Source: Syntrophales bacterium | GTDB taxonomy: Bacteria; Desulfobacterota; Syntrophia; Syntrophales; UBA4778 | Direction: 5' to 3' | Assembly: GCA_963665615.2 (NCBI GenBank) | Contig: CAXXQE010000006.1 | Span: 434,001 to 498,000 of the forward strand | DNA: 64,000 nucleotides | Part shown: positions 10,359 through 20,550 of the stretch, one piece after another | Numbering within the stretch: the stretch's first letter is position 1 | How the letters are laid out: each line of letters opens with the position of its first letter | Notes under the pieces: model-generated | Database searches by the model: none | Told to the model about the DNA's origin: nothing | What the model saw: the letters and a program-made list of their open reading frames with translations, nothing else | Made by a program: the position numbers and the translations under genes

Positions 10359-11972
10359 CTATCGTACATATCCGACGATTCCGTCAAAGACGTACCCTTT
10401 TTTATTCAATCCGCCACCATGGCCGTCCAGCGTATAGGCATGCAGGCCCGTTTTGGCATTGAACCAGCGATAGAGTTCCCGCGTCCCTGGCAGTCTGGAA
10501 CTGGCAATGTTGCCGATGCTCCCCTCGGCAATGTAACCGATCACGGATTTGGCATTGGGATCGCCTTCGGCGGTATAGTAGTGATCCCCTTTGCCGGCGT
10601 GATACCATCTCAACAACCGTCGCGTCCCGGGAGTCCCGTCGCGAAAGAGTCTGAAGGCGATTCCCTGCCTCTGATAATAGGCCAGGATCGTCTGATTTTC
10701 ACGCTCCGGCGCCGTGGTCAGCAGATAATCCATACCGCGAAGGTATTGATAAACAGGCAGAATTTTAGTTGTACTCGAAGTCGACACCCTGACCCACAGA
10801 TCGACCGGGACATCGCCTCCGTCGGAGGAGACCAGAAGGGTCGCCGCATAATTTCCCGGCTCCAGCCGGTCGGTCAGCACCGAAACGTTGGCGAAATCCA
10901 CCTCGCTCATCGTATCGCCGATATCGGGGAAAATCTTGATCCAGCCGGAGGGACCCGAGAGGATATCCTTGGCGCGAATTCTCAGGCCTGCCAAGACGAC
11001 CTCTCCCGCCGATGCCGACAAACGCAGGATATGCACCCCTTCGAGCAGGGGCCCGCCGACGGGATATTCGGCGGTCTCGGCTTTCTCGGACCGGCAGTCG
11101 ATCTGCCCCGCGGGCATATCGTCGAGCGCAACCGTCAGGATGCCCCCCTCCGGCCCCTTCCGCACCGCAACCGCTACGGCATTTCCGGAAAATCCCAGCG
11201 TCAGGATTCTTTCAGGATCGCTGCTCGCCGGCAGCCCGTCGCGTTCCTCCCACGCGCCGGATATCTGGAAATCCCTGTTCAACGGAGCGGGTAGAAGATA
11301 TCCGCCGCTGCCCCGGACGTCATTATTCCTGAGCGAGATCAAGCGACCCCGGTTCTGCAGCGGAGCGGGGATGCTTACCTTCCAGTGAAGCAATTTTATG
11401 CCTTTGTTGGTTATTTTCAACTGAGTGGTCGGATTGCGACCCGAGTCGACAAGACCGAAATCCAGCTCCGACGGTTCGACATTGAGGAGAGGTTCTTCCT
11501 GCTCCAAAACCTCGTACCGGACAACCACCTGCTGAAGTCCCTGCTCTGATCGAAAGGGCAGTAAGATTCTACCGCTACCGAGATGCCCCGGAAGGATATA
11601 GAGGACATTTTCATCGCCTCGCAAGATCATCAACTGAAGGGTTTTATCCGAAAGAGACCCGCCGTCTGTTGCCACGTTCTGAGGCGTCTTGCCGTACTTT
11701 ATCGCGACAACAATCTCCTGAGCGCTTGCCTGCATGCGCCCTTGCAGGCGTCGCGGGGCCAGCCTGAGGCCAGCCGCAGGGTCCTCCATTTCCCACACAA
11801 GGTCTCCATCGCCCACCTTCGTGAGGATGACAGATGCGTGCGAAACCTTATCAGGCCGTATAATGCCAAGATCAATCTCGGAGGGTGTTATCGCCAAAAG
11901 AGGGACGGGGCCAGCCCACAGAGGGGAACCCCAGAACAAGAGGAAAGCGGCCAACACGACGAACTTCTTCAT
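10359..11972 (-). CDS. Secreted multidomain protein: Ig-like repeats, beta-sandwich insert, C-terminal DUF5648-like domain
   Basis: Signal peptide; two P-SE-I/L-D-L/F-G Ig-like starts; LLRWYH...DHYYT / LYRWFN...HAYT / YVFDGIVGYV. Confidence 0.65.
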   Translation of the reverse strand: MKKFVVLAAFLLFWGSPLWAGPVPLLAITPSEIDLGIIRPDKVSHASVILTKVGDGDLVWEMEDPAAGLRLAPRRLQGRMQASAQEIVVAIKYGKTPQNVATDGGSLSDKTLQLMILRGDENVLYILPGHLGSGRILLPFRSEQGLQQVVVRYEVLEQEEPLLNVEPSELDFGLVDSGRNPTTQLKITNKGIKLLHWKVSIPAPLQNRGRLISLRNNDVRGSGGYLLPAPLNRDFQISGAWEERDGLPASSDPERILTLGFSGNAVAVAVRKGPEGGILTVALDDMPAGQIDCRSEKAETAEYPVGGPLLEGVHILRLSASAGEVVLAGLRIRAKDILSGPSGWIKIFPDIGDTMSEVDFANVSVLTDRLEPGNYAATLLVSSDGGDVPVDLWVRVSTSSTTKILPVYQYLRGMDYLLTTAPERENQTILAYYQRQGIAFRLFRDGTPGTRRLLRWYHAGKGDHYYTAEGDPNAKSVIGYIAEGSIGNIASSRLPGTRELYRWFNAKTGLHAYTLDGHGGGLNKKGYVFDGIVGYVR

Positions 11973-11992
11973 AAACAGACTTCTCCGTATTG

Positions 11993-12044
11993 TTAAAGAC
12001 TTACCGGGGCAAGCTGCGAGGAATGCGCTCGCTGCCGGCTTCAA
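11993..12044 (+). repeat. Family B element, short 52-bp form
   Basis: ttaaagacttaccggggcaagctgcgaggaatgcgctcgctgccggcttcaa. Confidence 0.7.
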
Positions 12045-12081
12045 ACCGAGCGGTTACAGGTGCTGATAGCATAAAATTGAC

Positions 12082-12109
12082 TTGACTCTGCCATGCCATT
12101 CGTTATAAT
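12082..12109 (+). promoter_or_regulatory. Sigma70-like promoter upstream of dprA-topA-trmFO
   Basis: TTGACT-N16-TATAAT. Confidence 0.6.
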
Positions 12110-12286
12110 TCCGCACCTTATATCCGCTTGGTGGAAATTTTTCAACTGTATTAACTAGATAGTGACCATCCCCGCGTTCGGCGGATGTAAAACCCTGCTA
12201 TTTTTATCATGAACATAGTGTGGGAAAGCGCAGCCATTGCCTTTGACACTGTCGGATGCCTCATCCCCCTCGGGATCGCGTTTATT

Positions 12287-12370
12287 TTGAAGACTCACCG
12301 GTGCAGGCTCAGGAGAGTCTTCGATTCCCAAGGAAGGTGTTTTGTTCCGATACGCTCGCTGAAGAATTCA
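12287..12370 (+). repeat. Family B element variant in dprA leader
   Basis: ttgaagactcaccgg...ttcgattcccaaggaa...cgctcgctgaagaattca. Confidence 0.7.
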
Positions 12371-12417
12371 GGTTATCCTATCCTGCTCGCAACTCGGACA
12401 TCACGCGGAGCGCGACG

Positions 12418-13563
12418 ATGGATCTTGAACATGTGCGGCATACTCTAGCCCTCAAATCGATCGAGGGGATCGGCCCCGTGGCCTTCGAGCGCCTGACGCG
12501 TCAATTCGGCGGGGCCCAGGGCGTTTTTCGTCAGGATCGCCCCATTCTGGCCTCGGTCGGCGGCATCGGACTAAAAACAGCACAGCGGATCACCGCCTTC
12601 AGGGAATGGGACGCCGTCGATCGGGAAATCGATACGGCGCGGCGACGCGGCATCCAGTTGATCACCGTGGAAGATCCGGACTATCCGGCGCTGTTGCGAC
12701 ATATTCACGATCGTCCCGCCCTGCTCTATGTGAGAGGAACCTTGGTCGTCGAGGAGGCCTGTCTGGCGATCGTCGGCTCCCGTGGGGCCGGCGCTTATGG
12801 AAAATACACGGCGGAAAGACTTGCACGCGAATTAGCCTTTCATGGCGTCACAATCGTCAGCGGTCTGGCGCGCGGCATCGATAGCGCGGCGCACCAAGGC
12901 GCCCTTTCAGTCGGAGGTCGAACGATCGCCGTCCTGGGGTGCGGACTGGACATTGTCTATCCGCCTGAAAATGATAAGGTTTATGAACGGATCGCGGCCT
13001 CTGGGGCCGTCATTTCCGAGTACCCATTCGGAACCAGGCCGCTGGCCGAAAATTTTCCGATCCGAAACCGGATCATCAGCGGGATGTCCCTCGGCGCCCT
13101 CGTCATCGAGGCGAAAGAGAAAAGCGGTTCGCTCATCACCGCCGAGTGCGCCCTGGAACAGGGGCGAGAGGTCTTCGCCGTGCCGGGTCCGATTGATTAT
13201 CCTGGGTCCCGCGGCGTGCATGAACTCATCAAGCAGGGCGCAAAACTCGTCGAGACCGTTGAGGACATCCTCGAGGAACTGGTTCCGCACTGGACCCGAC
13301 AAGCCGTTGTCCAACCCCCGCCGGTTGAGGCAACCTTTAAAGAAAAGGCGGCCATGCCGCCCGAACCGGTTTTGAACAAGTGCGAAACGCGGATTTTGGA
13401 GGTACTCGCCGACGCAGCCCTCCAGGTCGACACCCTGATCGAATCGACCGGGCTGGCGAGTCCCGTTGTTTTGAACACCCTGCTCAGGATGGAGCTCAAG
13501 GGGGTCGTCCGGCAGCTTCCCGGGAAAGTCTTCAGAAAAGCAGACCGGATGACGATAGAGTAA
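12418..13563 (+). CDS. dprA: DNA-processing protein DprA
   Basis: AIVGSR, VSGLARGIDSAAH, FPIRNRIISG, SGSLITA, C-terminal winged helix; synteny with topA. Confidence 0.95.
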   Translation: MDLEHVRHTLALKSIEGIGPVAFERLTRQFGGAQGVFRQDRPILASVGGIGLKTAQRITAFREWDAVDREIDTARRRGIQLITVEDPDYPALLRHIHDRPALLYVRGTLVVEEACLAIVGSRGAGAYGKYTAERLARELAFHGVTIVSGLARGIDSAAHQGALSVGGRTIAVLGCGLDIVYPPENDKVYERIAASGAVISEYPFGTRPLAENFPIRNRIISGMSLGALVIEAKEKSGSLITAECALEQGREVFAVPGPIDYPGSRGVHELIKQGAKLVETVEDILEELVPHWTRQAVVQPPPVEATFKEKAAMPPEPVLNKCETRILEVLADAALQVDTLIESTGLASPVVLNTLLRMELKGVVRQLPGKVFRKADRMTIE

Positions 13564-13596
13564 ACTGACTTTCAACCAAAGGAGATTACGTTTTTA

Positions 13597-15840
13597 ATGG
13601 CCAATTCGCTTATCATCGTTGAGTCGCCTACCAAGGTGAGAACAATCAAAAAATACCTCGGTTCCGATTTCCTGGTGGAGGCATCGGTCGGCCATGTCAA
13701 GGACCTCCCCAAGAGCAAGCTGGGGATAGACATCGATAACAATTTCGAACCGACCTACAGCGTCCTCGATGCAAAGAAAAACGTGATCGCCGATCTCAAG
13801 AAAGCCGCCAGAAAGGTTGACAATATCTTCCTGGCCCCTGACCCGGACCGCGAGGGAGAGGCCATCGCCTGGCACATCTTCCAGGAACTCGACACGAAAA
13901 ACAAAAACGTCTATCGAGTCCTCTTCAACGATCTGACGAAGCACACGATGCTTGCCGCCCTGGAACACCCGCAGCAACTCGATTTCAATAAATACGAGGC
14001 CCAGCAGACCCGACGCATCCTCGACCGACTGGTCGGCTACCAGATCAGTCCGATCCTCTGGGACAAGGTCAAGCGGGGCCTGAGCGCCGGGCGCGTGCAG
14101 TCGGTGGCTGTGCGCCTCATCTGCGACCGCGAGGCAGAGATCAAGGCATTCGTTCCAGAGGAGTACTGGAATCTTACGGCCGCTCTGAACGCCCAGAATC
14201 CGCCCCCATTCGAGGCGAAACTGCTCCGAATCGACAACAAGAAGGCCAAGGTGTCCAACGGCGAACAGGCCGCCGAACTGAGAACGATCTTGGAGAAGGC
14301 CGACTTCGTCGTCTCCGAACTAGAGAAGAAGGAATCGAAACGCCAGCCCTTGCCTCCCTTCACGACAAGCAAGCTTCAGCAGGAGGCCTCGCGCAAGCTG
14401 CGGTTTTCGGCCAAGAAAACCATGAGCGTCGCACAGAAACTCTATGAGGGCATTGAACTCGGCGCAGAAGGCCCCGTCGGACTCATCACTTACATGCGAA
14501 CGGACTCAGTCCGCATCGCTCCGGAGGCCCTGGATGAGGTTCGCGCCTTCATCTCCGAGAAATACGGCGCCAGTGCCATGCCCGCCAAGGCAAGGACTTT
14601 CAAAACCACCGGAAAGATCCAGGACGCCCATGAGGCAATCCGGCCGGCCTCGATGGCCTATCATCCAAACGACATCAAAAAGTCCGCGACTCCAGACCAG
14701 TTCCGGCTCTATCAACTCATCTGGAACCGCTTCGTCGCCAGCCAGATGAATCCGGCGATCTACGACCAGACGACGATTGATATCGCCGCGGCCAACTGCA
14801 TCCTGCGCGCGCAGGGCGCAGTTCTGAAAGAGCCCGGCTTTACGATCCTCTACATGGAGGGCAAGGACGACAACGGTGCGGAAAACGGCCAGGCGGAAGA
14901 AACCCTGCCGGTCGTCGCTGTCGGCGAAAAACTCGCTTTGGAATCCCTGAAAACGGAGCAGAAGTTCACAGAACCGCCGCCGCGCTTCTCTGAAGCCACG
15001 CTGGTCAAGGAACTGGAGGAAAATGGGATCGGCCGACCCAGCACCTATGCCACGATTCTGAGCACTATCCAGGACCGGGACTATGTCAAACTAGACGGAG
15101 GTCGCTTCTTCCCCACCGAACTCGGAACTATCGTCACCGAGTTGCTTGTCAAGAATTTTCCGCAGGTCCTCGATGTCGAATTTACCGCCTCGCTGGAAAC
15201 AAAACTGGATATGATCGAAGAGGGAAAGCTCGAGCGCCTCGGCACCTTGAAGGAGTTTTATGGTTCCTTCGAGGGCAATCTCAATCAGGCCAAGGAACAG
15301 ATGCGCAACGTCAAGCGGGAGGAGACCCCCACCGATATCGCGTGCGAAAAGTGCGGAAGTCCCATGGTGATTAAGTGGGGACGCAATGGCAAGTTCATCG
15401 CCTGCTCCAATTATCCTACCTGCAAGAACACCAAGAACTTCGTTCAGGACGAAACGGGCAAGATCAACCAGGTGGAGACCGAAGTCACGGATATCGTCTG
15501 CGAAAAGTGCGGCAAGAACATGGTCGTCAAGCATGGACGCTTCGGCAATTTCCTCGGATGCTCCGGCTATCCCGCCTGCAAGAACACCATGACGATCAGC
15601 ATTGGCGTTACCTGCCCGGAGGAAGGATGCGGCGGCCAACTCGCCGAGAAACGCACCAAGAAAGGAAAGGTCTTCTACGGCTGCTCGAACTATCCCAAAT
15701 GCACCTTCGCCCTCTGGGACCGCCCGATTTCCGAGCCCTGCCCCCAGTGCCATGCGCCCTTCATGCTCAACAAGTACTCGAAAGCCAAAGGCAACTACAA
15801 CGTCTGTTTCAGCAAGGAATGCGGGTACAAGGAAAAGTGA
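13597..15840 (+). CDS. topA: DNA topoisomerase I
   Basis: IVESPTK, DPDREGE, SAGRVQS, ITYMRTDS, C-terminal zinc ribbons. Confidence 0.98.
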   Translation: MANSLIIVESPTKVRTIKKYLGSDFLVEASVGHVKDLPKSKLGIDIDNNFEPTYSVLDAKKNVIADLKKAARKVDNIFLAPDPDREGEAIAWHIFQELDTKNKNVYRVLFNDLTKHTMLAALEHPQQLDFNKYEAQQTRRILDRLVGYQISPILWDKVKRGLSAGRVQSVAVRLICDREAEIKAFVPEEYWNLTAALNAQNPPPFEAKLLRIDNKKAKVSNGEQAAELRTILEKADFVVSELEKKESKRQPLPPFTTSKLQQEASRKLRFSAKKTMSVAQKLYEGIELGAEGPVGLITYMRTDSVRIAPEALDEVRAFISEKYGASAMPAKARTFKTTGKIQDAHEAIRPASMAYHPNDIKKSATPDQFRLYQLIWNRFVASQMNPAIYDQTTIDIAAANCILRAQGAVLKEPGFTILYMEGKDDNGAENGQAEETLPVVAVGEKLALESLKTEQKFTEPPPRFSEATLVKELEENGIGRPSTYATILSTIQDRDYVKLDGGRFFPTELGTIVTELLVKNFPQVLDVEFTASLETKLDMIEEGKLERLGTLKEFYGSFEGNLNQAKEQMRNVKREETPTDIACEKCGSPMVIKWGRNGKFIACSNYPTCKNTKNFVQDETGKINQVETEVTDIVCEKCGKNMVVKHGRFGNFLGCSGYPACKNTMTISIGVTCPEEGCGGQLAEKRTKKGKVFYGCSNYPKCTFALWDRPISEPCPQCHAPFMLNKYSKAKGNYNVCFSKECGYKEK

Positions 15841-15843
15841 ATT

Positions 15844-15889
15844 GCGGCTGACGCCGCGGTAACAAGTAACGGGTAACGAGTGACGAGTA
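15844..15889 (+). repeat. GCGGCTGACGCCGC hairpin plus 7-mer array overlapping trmFO start
   Basis: gcggctgacgccgcggtaacaagtaacgggtaacgagtgacgagt. Confidence 0.75.
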
Positions 15890-17245
15890 CGGAAACGCAA
15901 TACGGCACACTGGCCGGGGATTCTTTGCAGCACCAGCCGGTGATTGTCATCGGCGGCGGGCTGGCCGGCTGCGAAGCGGCCTGGCAACTCCTGGCTCGCG
16001 GCATCCCCGTTACCCTCCACGAAATGAAACCCGTGCGTTTCTCTGCCGCGCACAGTTCGCCGCATCTGGCGGAACTCGTCTGCAGCAATTCGCTGCGCTC
16101 CAACGATCCCACAAGCGCCGTGGGACTTCTCAAATCGGAATTACGTCTCCTGGGTTCCCTCATCATGGAGGCAGCCGACGCAACTGCCGTACCCGCAGGA
16201 AAGGCCCTGGCCGTTGATCGTGTTTTGTTTTCCGAATACATCGAGGCTAAACTCGCGGCGGCAAAAGGCTTCGAGCTAATCCGTCAAGAGGTCAGCGCGA
16301 TTCCGGAGAACCGGATCGTCATCCTCGCCAGCGGCCCGCTGACCTCCGATGCGCTGGCCGAGAAGCTCGCAACACGGACCGGCGCCGCCTATCTGTCGTT
16401 TTACGATGCCATCTCGCCGATCGTCCACACTGAATCGATCGATTTCGGAAAGGTCTTCCGGGGCTCACGCTACGACGACGGCGAGGGAGATTATCTCAAC
16501 TGCCCAATGACGCAGGCGGAATTCGAGCGCTTTTACGATGCCATTCAAAAGGGTCCAGCAGGTTTCCCTGCACGACTTTGAGGACGTCCGGTATTTCGAG
16601 GGCTGCCTGCCCATCGAGGTCATGGCCGCGCGCGGCCTCCAGACCCTCCTCTTCGGCCCCATGAAACCCGTCGGCCTGACCGATCCCCGGACGGGAGAGC
16701 AGCCCTATGCCGTCGTGCAACTGCGCAAGGAAAATCATGCAGAGACCCTCTACAACCTGGTCGGCTTTCAGACCAAACTCACCTGGCCGGAACAGCAGCG
16801 CATCTTCCGGATGATTCCCGGTCTGGAACAGGCCGAGTTCGCCCGCTTCGGCAGTATTCACCGCAATACGTTCATCAACGCCCCGGCCCTTTTAGAACCG
16901 ACCCTTCAGCTCAAGGGCTCCCCCGACCTTTTCCTGGCCGGCCAAATCACAGGCGTCGAGGGCTATGCCGAGTCCACTGCGATGGGCCTCCTCGCAGGCA
17001 TCCAGGTCGCCCATTACCACGCAGGTCGGCCCCTGATCCCGCCACCCGCTACGATGGCACTCGGGGCGCTTGTCCATCACCTGACCGATGCCGACCAAAA
17101 GACTTTTCAGCCGATGAACGTCAACTTCGGTCTCTTCCCGCCGTTGGGCCTGAAAATCAAAAAACGTGATCGGGGACAGAAATACGCGGAGAGGGCAATG
17201 GCGACGATGGGGGAATGGAAAAAGACGGTAACTAGTGAACAGTAA
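15880..17245 (+). CDS. trmFO: tRNA (uracil-5-)-methyltransferase TrmFO, frameshifted near 16547-16556
   Basis: [18 protein letters not shown] in first frame; [17 protein letters not shown] in second frame; one extra base. Confidence 0.93.
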
Positions 17246-17378
17246 ACAGTAAATAGTTACAGATAACCAACCGAAAAGATTCTTTTTTGCTCGTTACCTT
17301 GTCACTCGTCACCCGTCACCTCTTCGTATTCACCATTTACTATTCACTATTCACTATTTACTGTTTACTATTCGCTAC
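17228..17378. repeat. Nested inverted 7-mer arrays
   Basis: agtgaacagtaaacagtaaatagt ... tgtcactcgtcacccgtcac ... tattcactattcactatttactgtttact. Confidence 0.8.
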
Positions 17379-17431
17379 CAGCAGCCGATATAGTACATGT
17401 TAACCATCTTTAACACGGTGCGGAGCCCCAG

Positions 17432-18920
17432 ATGCTGATCGTTCCCCTAACCGGAAAAATCAATAAAAACAACCTGCCCTATGCAACGATCTTCCTGATC
17501 CTGCTTAACTGCGTTGTTTTTTTCTTTTTTCAGGCCGACGACTGGGCCGACCAGAAGGCGGCCTACACCTTCTACGAAACGTCGGGACTTGCGGAAATCG
17601 AGCTGACCCGCTACCGGGCCTACGACCAGAACCTGCTTTCCTATACTGGATCGGTCTGGGATAATGAAGAGGCGCAGCTGACCCAGCGGCGCAAGGCTCT
17701 ATTGGCGATGTACGGCGACGAGACCTTCCAGCGTAAACTCGCCAGGGGAGAGATCGTCAAACCGACGGAGCCGCTCTACCCGCAGTGGAAAAAAACTCCG
17801 CGGGGAATTCGACCGGCTCCTGCAGCAATCCTTCAGTTACCGCTACGGTCTGATCCCGGCGCATCAGCAGCCCTTGAATCTGCTGACGCATCTGTTCGCC
17901 CACAGCGGACTGATGCACCTCTTCGGCAATATGGTCTTCCTGTGGCTGGTCGGATGCGCCGTCGAACTGGGTTGCGGCGCGCCGTTTTACCTGGTGCTCT
18001 ATCTCATTGGCGGCGTGGCGGCCAGCGAGGCCTTCGCCCTCAGTCATCCGTTCAGCACGATGCCGCTCGTGGGCGCCTCCGGGGCCATTTCCGCGCTCAT
18101 GGGAGCCTTCACCGTCATCTACGCCAAACGCCGGATCAAGGTGCTCTACTCGCTGATCTTCTACTTCAATTACGCCGAGGTCCCTGCTCTCATTCTCCTG
18201 CCCCTGTGGATCGGTTTTGAAGGGATCAAGCTCCTTGTGACCGGCAGCGGCAACGTGGCCTACATGGCGCATATCGGCGGGCTGGCGGTGGGCGCTGGAA
18301 TCGGCGAACTTCATCGGCGGTTGATCGGAAGCGTCAGAGAGGAAGTTTTCAGGGAGGATCCCAGAGACCGGATCCCCATGCTCATGGACAAGGCCCTGCA
18401 TCATATCGAAAATCTCGAGATGAAACAGGCACGGACGCTCCTGGAAGCCATCCTTACGATCGATCCGGAAAACCGCAAGGCCATGACGCACCTCTTCCAC
18501 ATCGAGAAGCTGACCCCGGCTGATCTGCGCTTTCACCGTACGGCCGCGGCCTTCCTGATGCAATTGAGCAAGGAGACAGACCCCGGTGAGGTCTTTTTAA
18601 AATTCTGGGAAGACTATGAGAAGGCGCCGGTTTCAGCAGAGGGCTTTCCGCCGGAGACGATTCACGCAATCTGCATGAACCTCTTGAATCGCGGGCAAGT
18701 GAAGACCTCAGAGGACGTGCTGCTCTACCTCTTCAAGAATTATCCGCGCCACAAGAGTCTGCCCGGAACCCTCATGGCACTGTCACTCGCCTGGGACAAG
18801 CGGGGGAATTTCGATAAAGGCCAACATTATCTGAAGCTGTTGCGGGATCGTTACCCAAACTCCCTGGAAAGCCGCAGTCTCCAACCCGTCGCAAAGACCG
18901 CAGTCAGCCCCTTTGAATAA
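17432..18920 (+). CDS. Rhomboid intramembrane serine protease with periplasmic insert and C-terminal TPR-like domain, frameshifted at A7 run 17789-17795
   Basis: HLFGNM, GASGAI (catalytic Ser), AHIGG (catalytic His); removing one A joins WKK to LRGEFDR. Confidence 0.88.
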
Positions 18921-20337
18921 CCTCCAGATACTGACGCACCATGTTGGTGTTTTCATGGAAAGGATAGCGCTCCAGAAGCTCTTTTAACCGTATGGCCGCC
19001 TCCGGCGTCGCGCCCAACCGCTCGTTCTGCAGCTTGGCCGAAAAGAAAAGGGCGTTGGGAACCAGTGGACTCGCGGGATTCTCACGAATGAGGGTCTCGT
19101 AGGCGTCAAGGGCCGCCTGCGCCTCACCCGCATCTGCCAGCGCCTTCGCTACGGTGAAGAGAACGCCCGCCTCGAGTTTGAAACCGGCCTCCGCAGCCAG
19201 ACAAACAAGATAGACCTCGCCGAGTAAATCCTTTCGCCCCGCCTTAGCCAGCAGTTCCAGATAGCGCCGGCCCTGTTCGAGCATCTCCGGCACAAGCCGC
19301 TTCAGTTTGAGCAGATTGAAGTAGCGCCCCGCCAGCGTCAGGTCGATATCTTTCAACTCCGAGGCGCGTAGGATCTCCAAGGCTTCGTCGAGGTTGCCTT
19401 CTTTGATGAGGATGCTCACCTCCTGTAAGGTCTCGCCGCCAGCGGCGCGGGCGACCGGGGCCTCAGCCGATACAGCGCCGTCCTTCTCTTCATAGTTGAC
19501 CGCATAGCCGACCTCTTCATGATACTGGAACATCACATACCCCATCAGGTGGTAACACACGATAGCGTAATAGTTGCTCATAAGCGCGTAGATCAGCATT
19601 TTGACCTGCAGCGGAAAGTCAGGGAGGATCAGAAATCGCAACATATAAGGCGCGCCGCCCAGAAGCGCCAGAAAAAAAACCATGAGCAGATAGCCCCAGC
19701 CGATCCGGAACATCAACCGGACAAAGACCCACGGGTTCAACGCCCCGACGAGGCTGTTTGAAACCGCCAACACAATGAGAATCGCGGGCAGGGACAGTGC
19801 AAGAAACCCGGCCGTCAGAAAGGCCCATGTTTGACCTGCCACGACCAGAACCTTGTAGATCACGAAGCCGCAGGTGGCAAGGATCAGGATCTGCTTGAGC
19901 AACAGACCGATCCCCCCCACGAAAACATCTACGTCCAAAGGCGGCGGCTTGAGACTTCCGTGAGAACTCCGCGCGAGAACTGAAAAGGCATACCGAAGCA
20001 TGATGCCCGCCAGCACGAACTGGGCCGCGGCGTTTAGAAGGTTTAGATGGACAAAGAAACTCGACAGCGCAGAGACCACGACGATGAAGAGCAGCGTCCG
20101 CAAATGAAGCGGGTAGAGGAAAAACTGGTGCAGCCTCTTCCAGAAAGGCTCGATCGCATTGCTGATCGCGATCGGATCGACATAAATATTGCACTTGGGA
20201 CAGAGCGCCACCTCTTTGACCGCGCCGTATTCGAAGGCGCGGCTTTTCCGGACGCAGTGCTGGCAAAGGTTTGCGCCGCATTTTTGGCAATCCCATCTGG
20301 CAGGCCGCATCGGGTGATAGCTGCAGTAGACCTTCAT
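18904..20337 (-). CDS. Membrane protein: N-terminal B-box-like Zn finger, DUF4013-like TM region, C-terminal TPR
   Basis: CSYHP...CQKC...CQHC...CPKC; about 6 TM helices; YETLIRENPAS / LLERYP TPR-type motifs. Confidence 0.7.
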   Translation of the reverse strand: MKVYCSYHPMRPARWDCQKCGANLCQHCVRKSRAFEYGAVKEVALCPKCNIYVDPIAISNAIEPFWKRLHQFFLYPLHLRTLLFIVVVSALSSFFVHLNLLNAAAQFVLAGIMLRYAFSVLARSSHGSLKPPPLDVDVFVGGIGLLLKQILILATCGFVIYKVLVVAGQTWAFLTAGFLALSLPAILIVLAVSNSLVGALNPWVFVRLMFRIGWGYLLMVFFLALLGGAPYMLRFLILPDFPLQVKMLIYALMSNYYAIVCYHLMGYVMFQYHEEVGYAVNYEEKDGAVSAEAPVARAAGGETLQEVSILIKEGNLDEALEILRASELKDIDLTLAGRYFNLLKLKRLVPEMLEQGRRYLELLAKAGRKDLLGEVYLVCLAAEAGFKLEAGVLFTVAKALADAGEAQAALDAYETLIRENPASPLVPNALFFSAKLQNERLGATPEAAIRLKELLERYPFHENTNMVRQYLEVIQRG

Positions 20338-20513
20338 GCCTCGTCCCTTCCATTTCGGAAATCCGTCGGGAAGTTACACCATGATCTCATAACGATTGTC
20401 AAAAGTTTTTTCGGGGGGCAAGGTGACGAGGAGCAAAGATTCAAGGCGAGAGACGTTTATCACCCCTAAACGCGAGACTCGCAACACCAAATGCCTTGTC
20501 CGACACTCGTGGC

Positions 20514-20550
20514 CGTCACTGTTCACTATTCACTATTTACTGTTCACTCG
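20514..20550 (-). repeat. 7-mer array overlapping copA stop
   Basis: cgtcactgttcactattcactatttactgttcactcg. Confidence 0.75.

Noticed and set aside
12256..12417. Extended N-termini of dprA (12256) and the 10359 gene (12044)
   Set aside because: Extensions run through family B elements; better RBS-ATG pairs exist at 12418 and 11972.
16540..16560. Programmed frameshift or selenocysteine recoding in trmFO and the other split genes
   Set aside because: Breaks are frame changes rather than in-frame TGA, no stimulatory structure is evident, and the pattern fits sequencing error.
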